Positions 51,001 to 63,775 of a DNA stretch of 64,000 bases are shown here, in pieces. Below the pieces are notes generated by a model. That model ran no database searches and was not told the DNA's origin. It saw nothing but the letters and a program-made list of their open reading frames with translations. Source of the DNA: Antedon mediterranea (taxonomy: Eukaryota > Animalia > Echinodermata); the NCBI RefSeq assembly GCF_964355755.1, contig NC_092671.1, forward strand, positions 39,628,304-39,692,303, written 5' to 3'. Both the position numbers and the translations under genes were made by a program. The first letter of the stretch is position 1. Each line of letters opens with the position of its first letter.

Positions 51001-54000
51001 TTCGGCTCCTGTTAAAAGAATACAGATTCTTTTTTTTTTATTTCTGAAGTTATCAATGAACCAATTTTCTTTACTGTCAATATGCATGTTCTGTAAGTAA
51101 TTACACCAAAATATTCAGAACGATAATTTGAAAATTGTAGGCACTATCAGGCTAACAAACCAACAAACAAATAAGTAATAATAATATACTTAATTCTATA
51201 ATAATACTATACAAAATGTTATTTTCAAGTTATTAATGCAGGGTGTGGTTGTATTGTAAGATAGGATACACTAGTGATGTAGATGACATACCTGTCCAGT
51301 AGGGACATCATACTGTAAGTGATCTGAACCACCAGACTCTCTACACACAATGTCATGCTCTGAATGGTTGACAAGCAGGTACTCTGGTGTGAACACGATG
51401 ATCTTAGTCAATCCAAAGTTACTGAATTGATTCTTCACTCCAATCTGAAATTAAAACAATAATAATTCAGTATATTTCATACTAAAATTTTAATGATTGT
51501 TTTTGAAAGTATAAAGCCCGGTCTACACTATCAAACTGTATGTGACAAACAAATGTGATGTGCCCATATATGGACATGATGATGTCATATCACTACCATA
51601 TCTGCGAATATCACTATCATATTTGGGCACATCACGGACGGAACTTTAAATGGATCATTTTAATAATGTTTTTGTTTTTAAAAGCATTATACTTCATGCA
51701 CTCTGTGAAGATGGGCTCAATCTATACAAGAACATTACCATCAAGTCAGTCACTAAAATAATAAAAATCTTACATTGTAATTCTGTCCTTTTCCACTACA
51801 TGTGATGAACCCTGAACTACCAACAGTGTCCAGCGAGAATTTATCTGACCATTCAGAGTCACATATTTGCATTGTGATCTAGAAAATGATTATAAAATAC
51901 AGTTTTTATATAGTTCTTATTGCTAAACTTAAATAATTATATGGGCTTAAATTTAAAAAAAACCTAAAAAGATCCTAAAAGATCTTGCGAGATGTAAAGC
52001 CCCGTCTACACTATAAAACTTTATGCGACAAAAAAATGTGATGTGCCCATATATGGACATGATGATGTAATAGCACCACCGTATTTGGGCACATCACACT
52101 TTTTGACACTAGCTTGATAGTGTAGACAGCGCTTTAAGCCTATTAAGATATCTTTCATACAGTAGAAATAACAAAGTTATTACAAATTAGTCTTCTGTTC
52201 TAGAAGGTCTAGTCTATGTAGCAGTTACTCATTTTTACTAATGATGTTAGTATAATACTAGTGATATTCTTTAGTTTATTCTAATATAACATTTTGCTTA
52301 AGAGTTTGCTGTAAGAATAGAAGGTAAACAAATTAAATTAATCAATTTTTCTAAACTGTTAACCAAGAAATAAAATGTTAAGTCAGATTAGCAGATATAG
52401 TTCATAAAATATTGTACCAGTTAAAAGCCATCATAAAGTTTTATATAAAAATATTTTTAGCAATTTTTAGAATGAGATACTAAAATTTAAAAAGATAAAT
52501 GAATTAGAATTGATATAGCCAGAATAGAACTTTAAACCTATGTTTAAAGTCTATGTTTAAACCTACTGTTAAGATGTTAGCCCTTGTACCAATAAAATAT
52601 GTTACAGTATTTATTGTCAGAATGTAACATCCACCAAATTAATCAAATTTTAAAACTAATAAGGTCTTATCATCAGAGTATATAGGATTTTATAACAATT
52701 ATTATAAAATATAAAGATGTATTGTCCCTTTGACTAATTTCAAAAAAATAAATATTTCGAAAAAAAGTGGGTCATTTTGAAGCATTGAGGTATTTATACC
52801 TCCATGTTTGAAGCATGGAGGTATCCATGTTTGAAGTATCATAATAGTTATTAACTTTCACAAAAAAATCGAAAAAAAAACACGTTTTTTTGTTCAAAAA
52901 ATAACTTTGACTGCCAGTCAAAGTTTTCGATCAAAACATATCTCATAATGCAACGCGCTTGTTTGGCTACTCTGTATGCATAATCATAAAACTTCCTCGC
53001 GATCTGTGTGAAAACACCTTCTCAACCGTGACGAGTTGTAAACAATTCTAATTAGCATCATGCATAATGCATACTCGTGGTTTGAAATCTTTGTTTACTT
53101 TCGTTCGTTTTCCAGACGAAATGTAATCAAATTAATTTACCTGTTAATTATGTAAACTTATTATTTTTGGCTCGAATTTTCGACTTGAAGTGAATAACTT
53201 AATATTACTTTGATATGGCCAATTTAAATTTCGAATATTTTGACCTTTATTGTTTGTGTTTCAAGGGACAATACATCTTTAATAAAATTATAAAAGATTA
53301 AATAACATAACTCATTTCATGTTTATTACAAAATCATATTGCATTAAAATTCAACTACAATGTTATCAGTTTATTTAGAGCAAAGATTTTTTAGGGAAAC
53401 ATAACAGCTCAACATATATTTAATTGAACGTTTGATGGGAAATTATACCGACTAGAACACAATTATTTCAGTGGGAGGTGTGCATATCTTATAGAATAGC
53501 ATATATGATACTGCACTTAACACTAAAAGGGCATACAGCAAAAAACTCTATTAACAGGGGAATATTCAGTTTAGGGGTGGGAGCATATGGTGGAATAGCA
53601 TACACTGGTGGTACACAGGATAAGACTAACAATAACAGTGTGTAAACAAGTTTAACAACACTACATGTACAATAACTGTGCAGTGATTACACTTAATGTT
53701 CCTGGGGGGGGGGATGGGGGTTAATGTGAGATCACTTTAGAAAAATAAGTGTAAAAACACAACATATTTAAAGGTGCAAAACGATATAAATATTGTGAAT
53801 GTTTGTATATAAACCATTTATAAAACAATACTAGGTGATTATTTCCAGTTAAAAATGGAATTTTTAATAAAAACAATCAATCAGCCTAGTAATGTTAGAT
53901 TAAAAAAAAAAAAAATTTAAAAATCATTATATGTAGTATTATAGTACATTATTTATCTTTGAACTACAAAAAAGGAAAATAAATGGCATTTAGTTTAAAT

Positions 54001-57000
54001 TAGTCATGAATAACTATTCTATGATCTCGGTCAAAAATTGTCAAATCTATCATTTAGCTGCAAATCATTAGACTGTTTATCAGATATCTATCAGGCCAAC
54101 TATCTTATATATATATCATTGAGTAGTTTTTTAAAAACACTGGGAGACTGCTGCGGTATATATATATGGAACATCACAACATTTCTCACATCAAACATGG
54201 TCTTTTATTTTATTTCTCATAAACAACATCACACAATGAGTTAGCTATGAAATACAGTAAAATAAAACGCTTGATCTGTAAAACATGCACAAGATAATTT
54301 TCAGAAATCCATGCATTTTTACAAAAGAAGTTCCCATCTTACCGTTGTCTGTAGAAAAGACAAAACAGGCCAAAAAAAAAAAAATTTAACAAATTAATAT
54401 CTGCATCCGCCATCCAATAAGCGATTGAATTTAATAATATGGTATATGCTTACTCTTGAAGGTCCACTAAAATGGCTTAAAATCTTTATGATAGAAAATA
54501 GTGACAAAGGAGATTTTATAACAGATAAGTCAATAAAAAGTTTAGATATGAATATAGTTAGAAGGTCACACAGAAGTTATTAAATAGATTAGAATATTTT
54601 TTTATATTTTTTATTTACCAGTTGTAACAACATTCAACTATAGGATTTGTTTACACCATATAAACATTTTCAACTCCAAAAATGGTTGTTGTATACAAAT
54701 TTAGTAGAATTTTAAATTAAACTATATTGACCCACAAAGGTGTATAAAAAGTCTTGTCTACACTATCAAACTTTATGTGACAAAAAATGTGCCCATATAT
54801 GGACATGATGATTTGGGGATATCACTACCATATTTGGGCACATCACACTTTTTTTGTCAAACTAGTTTGATAGTGTAGACAGCTTTAGAACATAGGTTAC
54901 AACTGACTGACAATAAAAATACAGAAAGATTTTGAACAGTTAAATATTAGTGAACCGTCCAGCAGAACCGTGATACTATAATTCAACTTATACTGCCAAT
55001 ATACATTGTAAATACATTTTGATTATGACAATAGAAAGGTTATGACAATAACAAACAATAGAGGTAACTCTCTTGAAACTAGAGACTCCAAAATAAATTC
55101 TAAAATGTTTCTCCAAGACTTTTTGGAAGAATGTAATGGCATAATCTACTGTACATCACTGACTGAGTAGCAACTTTTGTTAGTGCTAGGTACATTAGCA
55201 ATAGGCAGAGTGTAAAGTTATATTACTAAGCCTATATTAGGCTGGTACCTTTGACCTCCGCCCACCACTCTCTGTCTTCTGTTGGTAAGGAAGGTCATTA
55301 AGAAACAAAGAATTACAGATGGGAAAAAATGACAATATTGCTCTTGAGACAAATTATAAGATATTTTTTATGTAAAAAATTCAACTGAGGTGTCTAGTTT
55401 TTTATTAAAATATTCAAAAAAGTGTATTTAGATTAAGTAAAGGGTGGAACACATCGTAAATTAGTTTGTAGCGGAATTATAGATACAAGGCCAGACACTA
55501 TAGAATGAAACCAGTTATTAACCTTTTTGAACATTCCTGTCTTAATTATATTACCCATAATCCCACAGCACTGTATCAGAGCAGGTTGGATTTAACTTTC
55601 ACATAATCAGTGTTATATTTTACCTTGTTCTTTCCAGGTGTGGATTTCTTACTAGGGTAAGAAAATAAAATTGGTTCTTTTGTGTCAGCTGCATGTTCTA
55701 TCACCTCACTTCCTGAACCCTGTACGACAAATTCATTAAAAAAACTTTAAAATAATTATTAATTAATTAGAAAAAATAATATTGCCAGAATTAATTGAAT
55801 ATCAAAATGGGTGTAAATAACTTATTTTTCCAGTTAACAAAAACTCATTCATAATACAGTTAACTCTCCAATTACCGGACATCTTTGGGCTTGTCTGGTT
55901 TTCTGCAAAGTCTAGTATTCAGAATGTGGAACTTTTGGACTTTAACAAAAGTCTCAGACTTTGGAAGAGTTTGGGTTTTCAGAGAAGAGTTGATTGATAA
56001 AAAAAGTTTACCTTCATCAACAATGGTAATCGATATCGTAAAGTTTGTTCAGTTTTATTGACCAGCCAGTAGGGACTATAGATAGCCATGTCCAAGTAGC
56101 CGCTACTATAGTCAGCCCACACGCCCACCTCCAGCCAGACGTTGTCCTGGCCCTGCCTAGCACCACGGAAGCCCCATTGTGACAGTGGGGTCTTCAAAGT
56201 TTCTCTCATGGTCATTTCACCTTGCCAGTCCATATTCATGTAGTCTTTAATCTGTAGCAACAAGCAAGAGTTAAAATGGCAAGATTTTAGTTCAAATTAT
56301 AGTGACCTATGTGACCTAGAAAAAGTATCTACATAGTATTCAGTCTGAACCACTGAAGACATATAAAAACAATTGACATTAAGTGGAAGTGGATGTTCAA
56401 AATGAAAAAGTAAACTAAAACTCTGTCTACAATATCATGACATCATCGTGTCCATATACGGGCACATCACATTTTTTTGTCACATAAACTTTGATAGTGT
56501 AGACAGAGCTTAATCTACAATTATGCAATAGACTGAAACACAATAAACAATTACCCAATCAAAGAACTAAAAGAATGGGACTGTCTAATTATTATTTATT
56601 GTTTATGTCTAATTATTCGAGTGACACATTTAAATAAACAGTTAAATTATTTGATTGACATAATTATTTTTGTTTAATTATCTAATTACAGTATATAAAT
56701 AATTTAAAAATAAAAATAAAAATAATTATCAACCTACCGTCATCCACAGCATTGTTTTTCCCATAACAACATGTAACAGGGAAGCCTGGCCAGCTTTCTC
56801 AACACACACTTCTTTATCCGTTCCCTACAGAAAAAAAAAGATTATAACAAAGTGCATTTTGTTATTGAGAAAACCGAACACGCACACTATTTTTACATTG
56901 GTGATTTTGTTTTTTTTTATAAATTTTTTTATATTGAACCATGTTTCATGAGGATAGCCCATCCAGCAAATCTGATCATTTGGGCTCTCGACAACACAAA

Positions 57001-60000
57001 CAGTAGAAAATGATACAGTACTAATGATACCTACCGCTAGAGTAAAGTAGATTGGATATGGTAGGAGGTTCCTTAACATCACTGGAGGATGCAGATGAAT
57101 TATATACTTAGGTGATTGAATAGAAGATCCCTTCACATAGCGTAGTTTATCCATCTCAGTAATGGCCTATAAACAATAAAAATATATTTAAAATCTTGCA
57201 TACTACAGAGAAGAAATGTCTAAAAGTACTTTAAATATATTGTAAAAATAACATATTGGTGTCCAAATAACCACAACTGTAAAAACAAATAATAAAGAAT
57301 ACATTATACAATGTACAACTCTTTATACATTAAATTTTAAAAAAACTGTGAAAACATTGCAAAAAAGATGTAAAAATATATTGTACGGTATATTATCAAT
57401 AAATTCATTTATTATTAAGGCCTAAAAACTTATATAACATAACCAACCACAATAGATAAAAAAAGGTTTTTTTTAGGCCATCGCTTGATCTAGCGAAAAA
57501 TGCCATATTGAATTGTCAAGGAGAAAAAAAAATCAGCATATCTAAAAATCATGCCTTTATACTATAGTTTGTCATGGCAATTTTTTAGGCCCTAATAGTT
57601 AAAAGTATTTTCACAATATGCAACAACCAATGTTAGTTTGGATCATAACAGTTTTTAACATTTACACCCAAAAAAAAAAAATAAAAATAACTTAAAAATA
57701 AGCAATACAAATCAATTCAATAACAAACATTATTGCAACATTATTTATAATTTCAAAACATTCCTTAAATACTAAACATACACATACTCACAAATCATTA
57801 GTAAAATATGGAGGTATAAACGTAGATATTATACCTCCATGGTAATAACCTCCATTAATAAGCTATTAGGTATAGGTATCAAGGTTTTGGAATTGGAATT
57901 GTCTGCTTTGTATGTTGCGTATACAACACATTTAACACAATCAAGTTCAAATGACCAGACACCAGGTTGCCTCTATATTTTGTAAACATTATTTTGAAAA
58001 ATGCAAAAGCATCCATTAAACATCTCTTGTAATTATAAACTTATAGACTATTCTATTATAAATTTATAGAGACAACTATAATACATATGAAAAAATAATA
58101 GTGTTTTTACAAGAGGTACACAAACCAGGTATACAGTACATAAATAAATATTAACAAATAAAACTGAACTTGCAACTGATTTATCAAGAAATAAAAATCA
58201 AAATTGCTTTTAACAAGTGCAACATGAGCAGAGAATAAGTCAGATAGGTAAAATGCTTAGAATTGAAGACTAGATAATAAAACTCACTGGATCCACGTCC
58301 ATTTTAACCTGTGGTATTAAAATCATCATTTTAAAATAATTGCATAGCACAAGAATGGAATGGTAATCATTCAGTTGTCTATAATAACCATCAATGCAAA
58401 AGAATTAGGACTTACTCTAAGGCTCTGTCCACACTATCAAACTTTATGTGACAAAACAATGTGACTACTATATTTGGGCACATCACACGTTTTTGTCACA
58501 CTTTTGTTGTCAAACTAGTTTGATAGTGTGGACAGAGGTTAATGTTTACAGTTAGCTATTCTATGGGATTATATAATTACAAAGTACTAATAAGAGTTTA
58601 TTAAAAATTATCTTTATTTCATATTTACAAAATGGATTTACTTGCAACCCCTTTTAACACTACAGAAAATGTCATGAAAATAGAGATATTTTTGTTTCTT
58701 TTTGTTCACATTACAAAACTCTGTGAAATTTCAAAACAACAAGTTGAGAACTTGTTTATATTATCATTGAATTTCAAAGAGATGTACTATGATTGGTCAA
58801 GCCTCTCGTTTACTAGTTTTTTTTTTAATTCAAATATATTTGTTTAATCATGGTGTTTGCAAAATAGTGTGAAAAGGGCATGAATTTGAAAGTGAAATAT
58901 ATATTGGATTATAAAATGAAAATTACTATATATGGAATAGGGAAGGATTAGAAGGGGAAAGGTGACAAACATATTGGGAGAGGGAAGGTTGAGAATACGA
59001 TGGCATGAACCCAGAGCCAGATACAAAGTAAAAAGTTATTCACTTCACTAAAAAAATGACTATATATATTTAAGGTTAAAGGTCACCACATCAAGCAACA
59101 CAAAGGTAAGATTTAAGAAATAAATGAGATTATGTTAGGGTTTTTAGTACACTTTATATAAGGTGGCTTTATGGTTTTACTTACATTAAAACAGAAAGGT
59201 GTGAAGCCTTCTTCTTTCCAATCACAGCTGTAGCTGACATATTTCTTTCCCTGTTTCTTTAAGGCTATCAGCTCTTTCCATGCTATGGCTTTTGTACACA
59301 ACTTGTACCTGCATGGAAATTGTGAAAATGAAAAATCATGTAAAGAAGTTTCTTCGGCTCAAATAAGAAAAATCTGTTGTTATCAACGTAAACAGTTTTT
59401 AACACAAATAAGATTCCCTTTTGTATGCTAAACTGTATTTATTTATTTAAATATTGGATTATAAAAAAGAAAAGGATATGGAATGATTATGAAGATGGAA
59501 GGTAATTTATTTATTTATTCTGTCTTTATACTGAATGACACTTTAGTACTAAATAATTTCTAAAGTGGTTCAGTTGAGAATTAAAAGAAACCTAAAACAG
59601 TAAATACACAAAAATTTACAACAAGCTAACGATATAGTTGGAGAGACACACCCTTACCGGTGACAGATTTTTAATATTGCATTGTATATTTATATATGTT
59701 TTTGTATATACTGTCAAAATGAATAAAATAAATTCTACAATGCTCTTAATTTAATATCTAATTGAAAATATTTATTTAACTTACTCGCCCTCAGGTTTCA
59801 CAAACAGGTCCTGAGTGTGCGCCACATACAGCGGGACAGGGAAGCGCTTTCCTGGTTCTACAACACCAATTTTTCTTTTGGAATTATTCTCATTAATGTA
59901 CACTTCAATTGGGATGGAAAAATGATTAAACATCTGAAAATCAGAAAATTTGTTTTATTTATTATTATTTTAATATTCTCGAAATGTCACATAATTGAGT

Positions 60001-63000
60001 CTGCATTTTCATTAAATGCCTTATGATATTGATTCTCACTCGTTATTATTATTTTATTGTTACAGCAAACTCTTATTTTATTTTTATGAATTTCCAAATT
60101 CTATTGTCAGGCTAGTGATGAATTATGAGAGCAAGTTGTGTACAATTTTTTTTTCCTATTCGGTTAAAATTTTAAACCATAATATAATACCTGAAGTGGG
60201 GAACGAATAACAATGAATCTATTGTCCATCTGAGCTTCAATCTCCAAGGCAACAGACAACAACATGTCAGCCTTCTGTTTTGTTGTAGGATCCAAATTGT
60301 ACAAAATGTGACCAACTCTGGACAGTACAACACTCCTCACTTCTTTAAAGCCTTCAACCTATTAAAATGAAAGAAGTGCACAGAAGATTAGATTTTAGAT
60401 TTTCATAATTTTCAGTGTATTATTGGAGGAAATGAAATATGTATGAGTTGAGACAGTAAATAAATAAAAAATAGTATGTCATGATATTCTTTTTTAGCAA
60501 CAAAACATGGTTTTCAAAATGTAATATAAATAATAATCAGTTTTACTTGAAAATCAATGGTTTGCTGGTCTTGTTCCCTCGCTGATCTATTAATAGAATG
60601 CATTCTCGTCGGGGATTTCATACTCATTTGTTGTGACACATCCAAGGTCAAGTTCTCTCCTGGTTGTAGACGGACTCTACCATCCTTAGCATAGTCTGGG
60701 ATCTAAATAGAAATACTAATTACATGCATTTGAGATAGGAGTACTGTACTATTCACGTCTCAAAATAGATTGCCATGATAGTCAATTTAAATTAGACATA
60801 ATCGTAAAGTGGAAAACTATAGTTACAAAACAAAACGTTTCCAAACTAGTCCTGTCCCTTTTATGGTTGAACTTTTGAACAAACTGTAACTGGCTTGTAT
60901 TATTTGAGGTAACTGCAGTCTAATTTATTCGTTTTTATATATGTATATATTGTTGATAGTGACTATTGATTAAATTTTTTTATAGTGTAATACATATGCA
61001 ATTCAGCCATGTGCTGCCATGTATGTAATTTGTATGTGAATTTTGAATAAATATACCGATATATATATATATATAAATGATGTTCCACCGAAGAAGGTGT
61101 TCTACAGCTACTAATGTAGTTGTTCAGATGTTTTGCCTTACTCTGCTTACTTGGTTTCAAATCAAAGCTTGGTGGTTGAGGTATGAACACAAGGCTAGTA
61201 ATCTAAAGTTCGTGGGTTCGAGTCTCAAATGAGAATTACTTGCATATTTTTTCGCAAGTATTCTCAATGTACTTAGTAAAAAGTACAAATTAAGTCCGAG
61301 TATGGCAAACATCTGGCCAATTACTCAACACCCTGACACAAAGCTACTCCACAGTAGTTACAAACAATTACAATACTTCTGTAGTCACAGCAAATGTTTC
61401 ACTTTTTCAAATATCATAATTAGACAGATAATTCATCATTAATATTCTTTAAAACAAGGCCATATACCGTATATTTCGGTGTATAAGTCGCACTTTTGAC
61501 ACGCAAATTTGACCTCTAAATTAAGGGTGCGTCTTATACACCGAACATAAATGCCTCACCACACAGATTGTACATAATCGTCACCTCGTTGGCGCGGCTA
61601 GCCTAGGCCTGAGTAGGCTAGGCCTAGGCTAGGCTAGCTACAGTGCAATAACGTAACGGCAACCTTTTTCTGCCTAGTTTTCAAGGCATTTTAGCATGAT
61701 GTTATAATAAATATGATGAAAAGATTTGTTCATTATAGAGCTGTTTTAGGCGCTCCGATAAAATTTCATTTGTAAACGTTTACGATTGGAATGTATTTAT
61801 TAATAGTTATACGCACGACCGCCGTACCCCTAGCGCAAGCCCTTCTTTTGGCGGCCACATGGTGTGCGGTATTCGACTAGTATATTCTCCAGTTGATTAT
61901 AGCATGGACCTAGCGTATACACTTCTCGGATACATAGATACTAATCGAATACGATTGTCCGTGAAAACGTACGCCCTCTCGAAATGATCGAGCGAGACTA
62001 GCCCACACACGTGCGTGTTACACACACGGTCATGCACTCGATGTTACGGGTGCGAAACTCATGAATAACAAGTTAGAAAGAACTTGTTGAGGCTGGGCGC
62101 GGCCGAGCCTAGGTAAGAAAAAAACCTAAATAAAGGACGCCGTTGTAGATATAACAAAATATATTATTACAATATATTGATTACAATTTAATAAAAAATT
62201 GTTTTGATGAAATATAAGGTGCGTCTTATACATCGACGATATAAAAAATACCGATATTTTACTCTCAGTTAGGGGGTGCGTCTTATACACAGGTGCGACT
62301 AATACACCGAAATATACGGTACATGGCTGCAGTCGCGTGCGCAAACTTGAGTTAGTGTTTACCAACCGACCGACATAGTGAGCTAAAGAATCAGGTTGCA
62401 CGCGACTAAAAACTTGTACACTAACAAAATTAATTGAAATGAGAAAAAAAGAAATACCTCAAAATATTTTCCTGGTGTGATGTAAATGGACACACCAATG
62501 GAGTTTGTAATAGTGCAGGCTGCTTCCTTTGTCTTCTTCTGAATCTCTGAATGACCTTTCTCTAACGCTTCACTAAATATCTATACAAGCAAGAAGAATG
62601 TTTGGTAATGTAAAACAAACTTTACCAGTACCATACACACAGGCCTACAATGTGAATTATACTTTAATCTCTGTCTACACTATCAAAATTTATGTGACGA
62701 CAAAATGTCATGTGACCATACATGGACATGATGATGTCATATCACTACCATATTTGGGCATATCGCTACCATATTTCACCTTTTTTTGTCAAACTAGTTT
62801 GATAGTGTAGACAAGGCTTTACAGCCATCTTTTATGAAGGAACTCAACAGATATAACACCTCCAAGGAAGTGGGGCTGAAGCGTATTAGTTATAACACAT
62901 GATTTTGTAACAGTGATTGACAGAAGGGGCAGGGCTAAAACTTACCTCGGAGAGTTTCATAAGCATGTTTAAACATGATTTTGTAACAGTTAACTCCATT

Positions 63001-63715
63001 GTATCAACAGATGAGACTGTGATTGACAGAAGGGGCGGGGCCAACTCAACAGATTCTTCTTCTGACGATGTTGTTGTAGATGTCCCTGTCGAACTGCTAG
63101 TGTCAGATATGTCATCATTTTTTATCATCTTTAAAAAGGAAGACACTACTTAATACTTTATTTCCCATTTAATGTTGATAGAAAACAAGAAAACTTGATA
63201 AGGTCAAGCAAGATTCTGACCTTTCATTACAACAAGAATCTTTCAGTGTACTCACTTAATAGATAATTTATATAATATTTATAATATATATATATTTATC
63301 AAGAACATTATCATCTCAATCCTCTATATTACTTGTACAAGCATATTGAGCATTTATTATGGATATCAACCCTATATAAATTTGATTGTGCTTGTCAGTA
63401 TACGATACGAGAGTGATGTGACACTTTGTAATTGCTTTTGTTTTTATTTAACTGTTTTCGTATATCTTTATATCTATATATATGCAAATGAGAATAAATG
63501 GAAGTAATTTTCCACTGATGAATGAATGAATTGACATGAAAGAAAGCAGATTCAATGAAACAAACCTAAACCAGTTAGCAACTTACTGAGATATTCAGAT
63601 TCCAAGGTCGATGACCTCCATTTGCTTTCTCCAATGGTTCCAGAAGTGGATCCCAACATGCGGTCTTCTCATTATAACTTGATACCATTAATGTTATTGT
63701 ACTCTCCATCTTCAT
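42027..63715 (-). CDS. VPS13C: VPS13A/C-type lipid transfer protein, 3' part (32 exons visible; 5' end outside window)
   Basis: Motifs [104 protein letters not shown]. Exons: 63715-63587, 63128-62946, 62580-62458, 60702-60547, 60358-60191, 59933-59785, 59308-59185, 57166-57035, 56824-56738, 56251-56012, 55719-55624, 51878-51774, 51444-51292, 50891-50763, 50385-50255, 49788-49662, 49212-49084, 48961-48849, 48740-48584, 48320-48104, 47323-47148, 47003-46881, 46733-46567, 46466-46271, 45976-45901, 45438-45275, 44998-44953, 44803-44680, 44102-43899, 43481-43358, 43010-42885, 42083-42027. A versus C cannot be distinguished; likely a co-ortholog of both. Confidence 0.93.
42164..42744. mobile_element. 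Harbinger-like MITE family A with expanded internal minisatellite
   Basis: Family TIRs at both ends enclosing ~23 copies of the 21-bp unit. Confidence 0.9.
42199..42678. repeat. Minisatellite, 21-bp unit AAATATGG(A/T)AGTGATATGCTT, ~23 copies
   Basis: Near-perfect tandem array; accounts for the spurious ORFs at 42148-42701. Confidence 0.95.
43707..43838. mobile_element. Harbinger-like MITE family A
   Basis: Both TIRs; TAA/TTA flanks. Confidence 0.85.
45027..45194. mobile_element. Harbinger-like MITE family A, rearranged (one left and two right TIRs)
   Basis: Internally deleted mini-copy followed by a second partial copy. Confidence 0.75.
46081..46219. mobile_element. Harbinger-like MITE family A
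   Basis: TAA|AGCTCTGTCTACAC...GTGTAAACAGAGCT|TAA; 3-bp TSD TAA. Confidence 0.9.
47376..47817. repeat. Minisatellite, 31-bp unit GATGGTACAAATAATGAATGTTTATGAGTGC, ~14 copies
   Basis: Tandem array within a VPS13 intron. Confidence 0.92.
48402..48538. mobile_element. Harbinger-like MITE family A
   Basis: Both TIRs; TTA/TTA flanks. Confidence 0.85.
49362..49540. mobile_element. Second MITE family (TIR ~GGCCAATTTACAC)
   Basis: AGGTCAATTTACACAGA ... TCTGTGTAAATCGGCCT; reverse-complement similarity to 16975-17158. Confidence 0.65.
50041..50201. mobile_element. Harbinger-like MITE family A
   Basis: TTA|AGCTCTATCTACAC...GTGTAGACAGAGCT|TTA; two internal 21-bp units. Confidence 0.9.
51515..51635. mobile_element. 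Harbinger-like MITE family A, truncated
   Basis: One TIR plus internal sequence. Confidence 0.75.
51998..52133. mobile_element. Harbinger-like MITE family A
   Basis: Both TIRs; TAA/TTA flanks. Confidence 0.85.
52715..53278. mobile_element. Non-autonomous DNA transposon, Kolobok-like
   Basis: TIR AGATGTATTGTCCCTT ... AAGGGACAATACATCT; flanks ATAA/TTAA. An RR start plus TTAA target is typical of Kolobok. Confidence 0.7.
54343..54348 (-). CDS. Candidate 6-nt VPS13 microexon (Thr-Thr)
   Basis: T-rich tract...TGTCTTTTCTACAG|ACAACG|GTAAGA; lies in a phase-0 intron; two downstream TGCATG. Confidence 0.55.
54750..54884. mobile_element. Harbinger-like MITE family A
   Basis: Both TIRs, slightly degenerate. 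Confidence 0.85.
55249..55278 (-). CDS. Candidate 30-nt VPS13 alternative exon ([10 protein letters not shown])
   Basis: TTCTTTGTTTCTTAATGACCTTCCTTACCAACAG|30 nt|GTACCA; in frame, phase 0, no stop. Confidence 0.5.
56419..56510. mobile_element. Harbinger-like MITE family A, internally deleted
   Basis: TAA TSD on both sides; both TIRs. Confidence 0.8.
58288..58308 (-). CDS. Candidate 21-nt VPS13 microexon (VKMDVDP)
   Basis: ...ATACCACAG|GTTAAAATGGACGTGGATCCA|GTGAGT; lies in a phase-0 intron. Confidence 0.55.
58421..58539. mobile_element. Harbinger-like MITE family A
   Basis: TAA|GGCTCTGTCCACAC...GTGTGGACAGAGGT|TAA. Confidence 0.85.
61467..62319. mobile_element. Non-autonomous Tc1/mariner-pogo (Tc2/Tigger-like) element
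   Basis: TA|CCGTATATTTCGGTGTATAAGTCGCAC ... GTGCGACTAATACACCGAAATATACGG|TA; repeated subterminal GGTGCGTCTTATACA; no transposase ORF. Confidence 0.85.
62667..62818. mobile_element. Harbinger-like MITE family A
   Basis: Both TIRs; TTA/TTA flanks. Confidence 0.85.
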
Positions 63716-63775
63716 CTATTAAACAGAAAATGTTAACATTATCATAAAAATAAATAATACAATAGTTCATTCTTA

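Noticed and set aside
53449-53451. 3-nt TAG|TCG|GTATAA microexon-like site
   Set aside because: Weak donor and tract; expected by chance.
54454-54466. 13-nt AG...GTAAGC exon-like segment near the 6-nt microexon
   Set aside because: Not a multiple of three and weak pyrimidine tract; would frameshift VPS13 unless it is a poison exon.
57808-57840. Hairpin ATGGAGGTATAA...TTATACCTCCAT, with related motifs at ~52785-52835
   Set aside because: Probably the terminal remnant of a small DNA transposon; too short to classify or to call an RNA gene.
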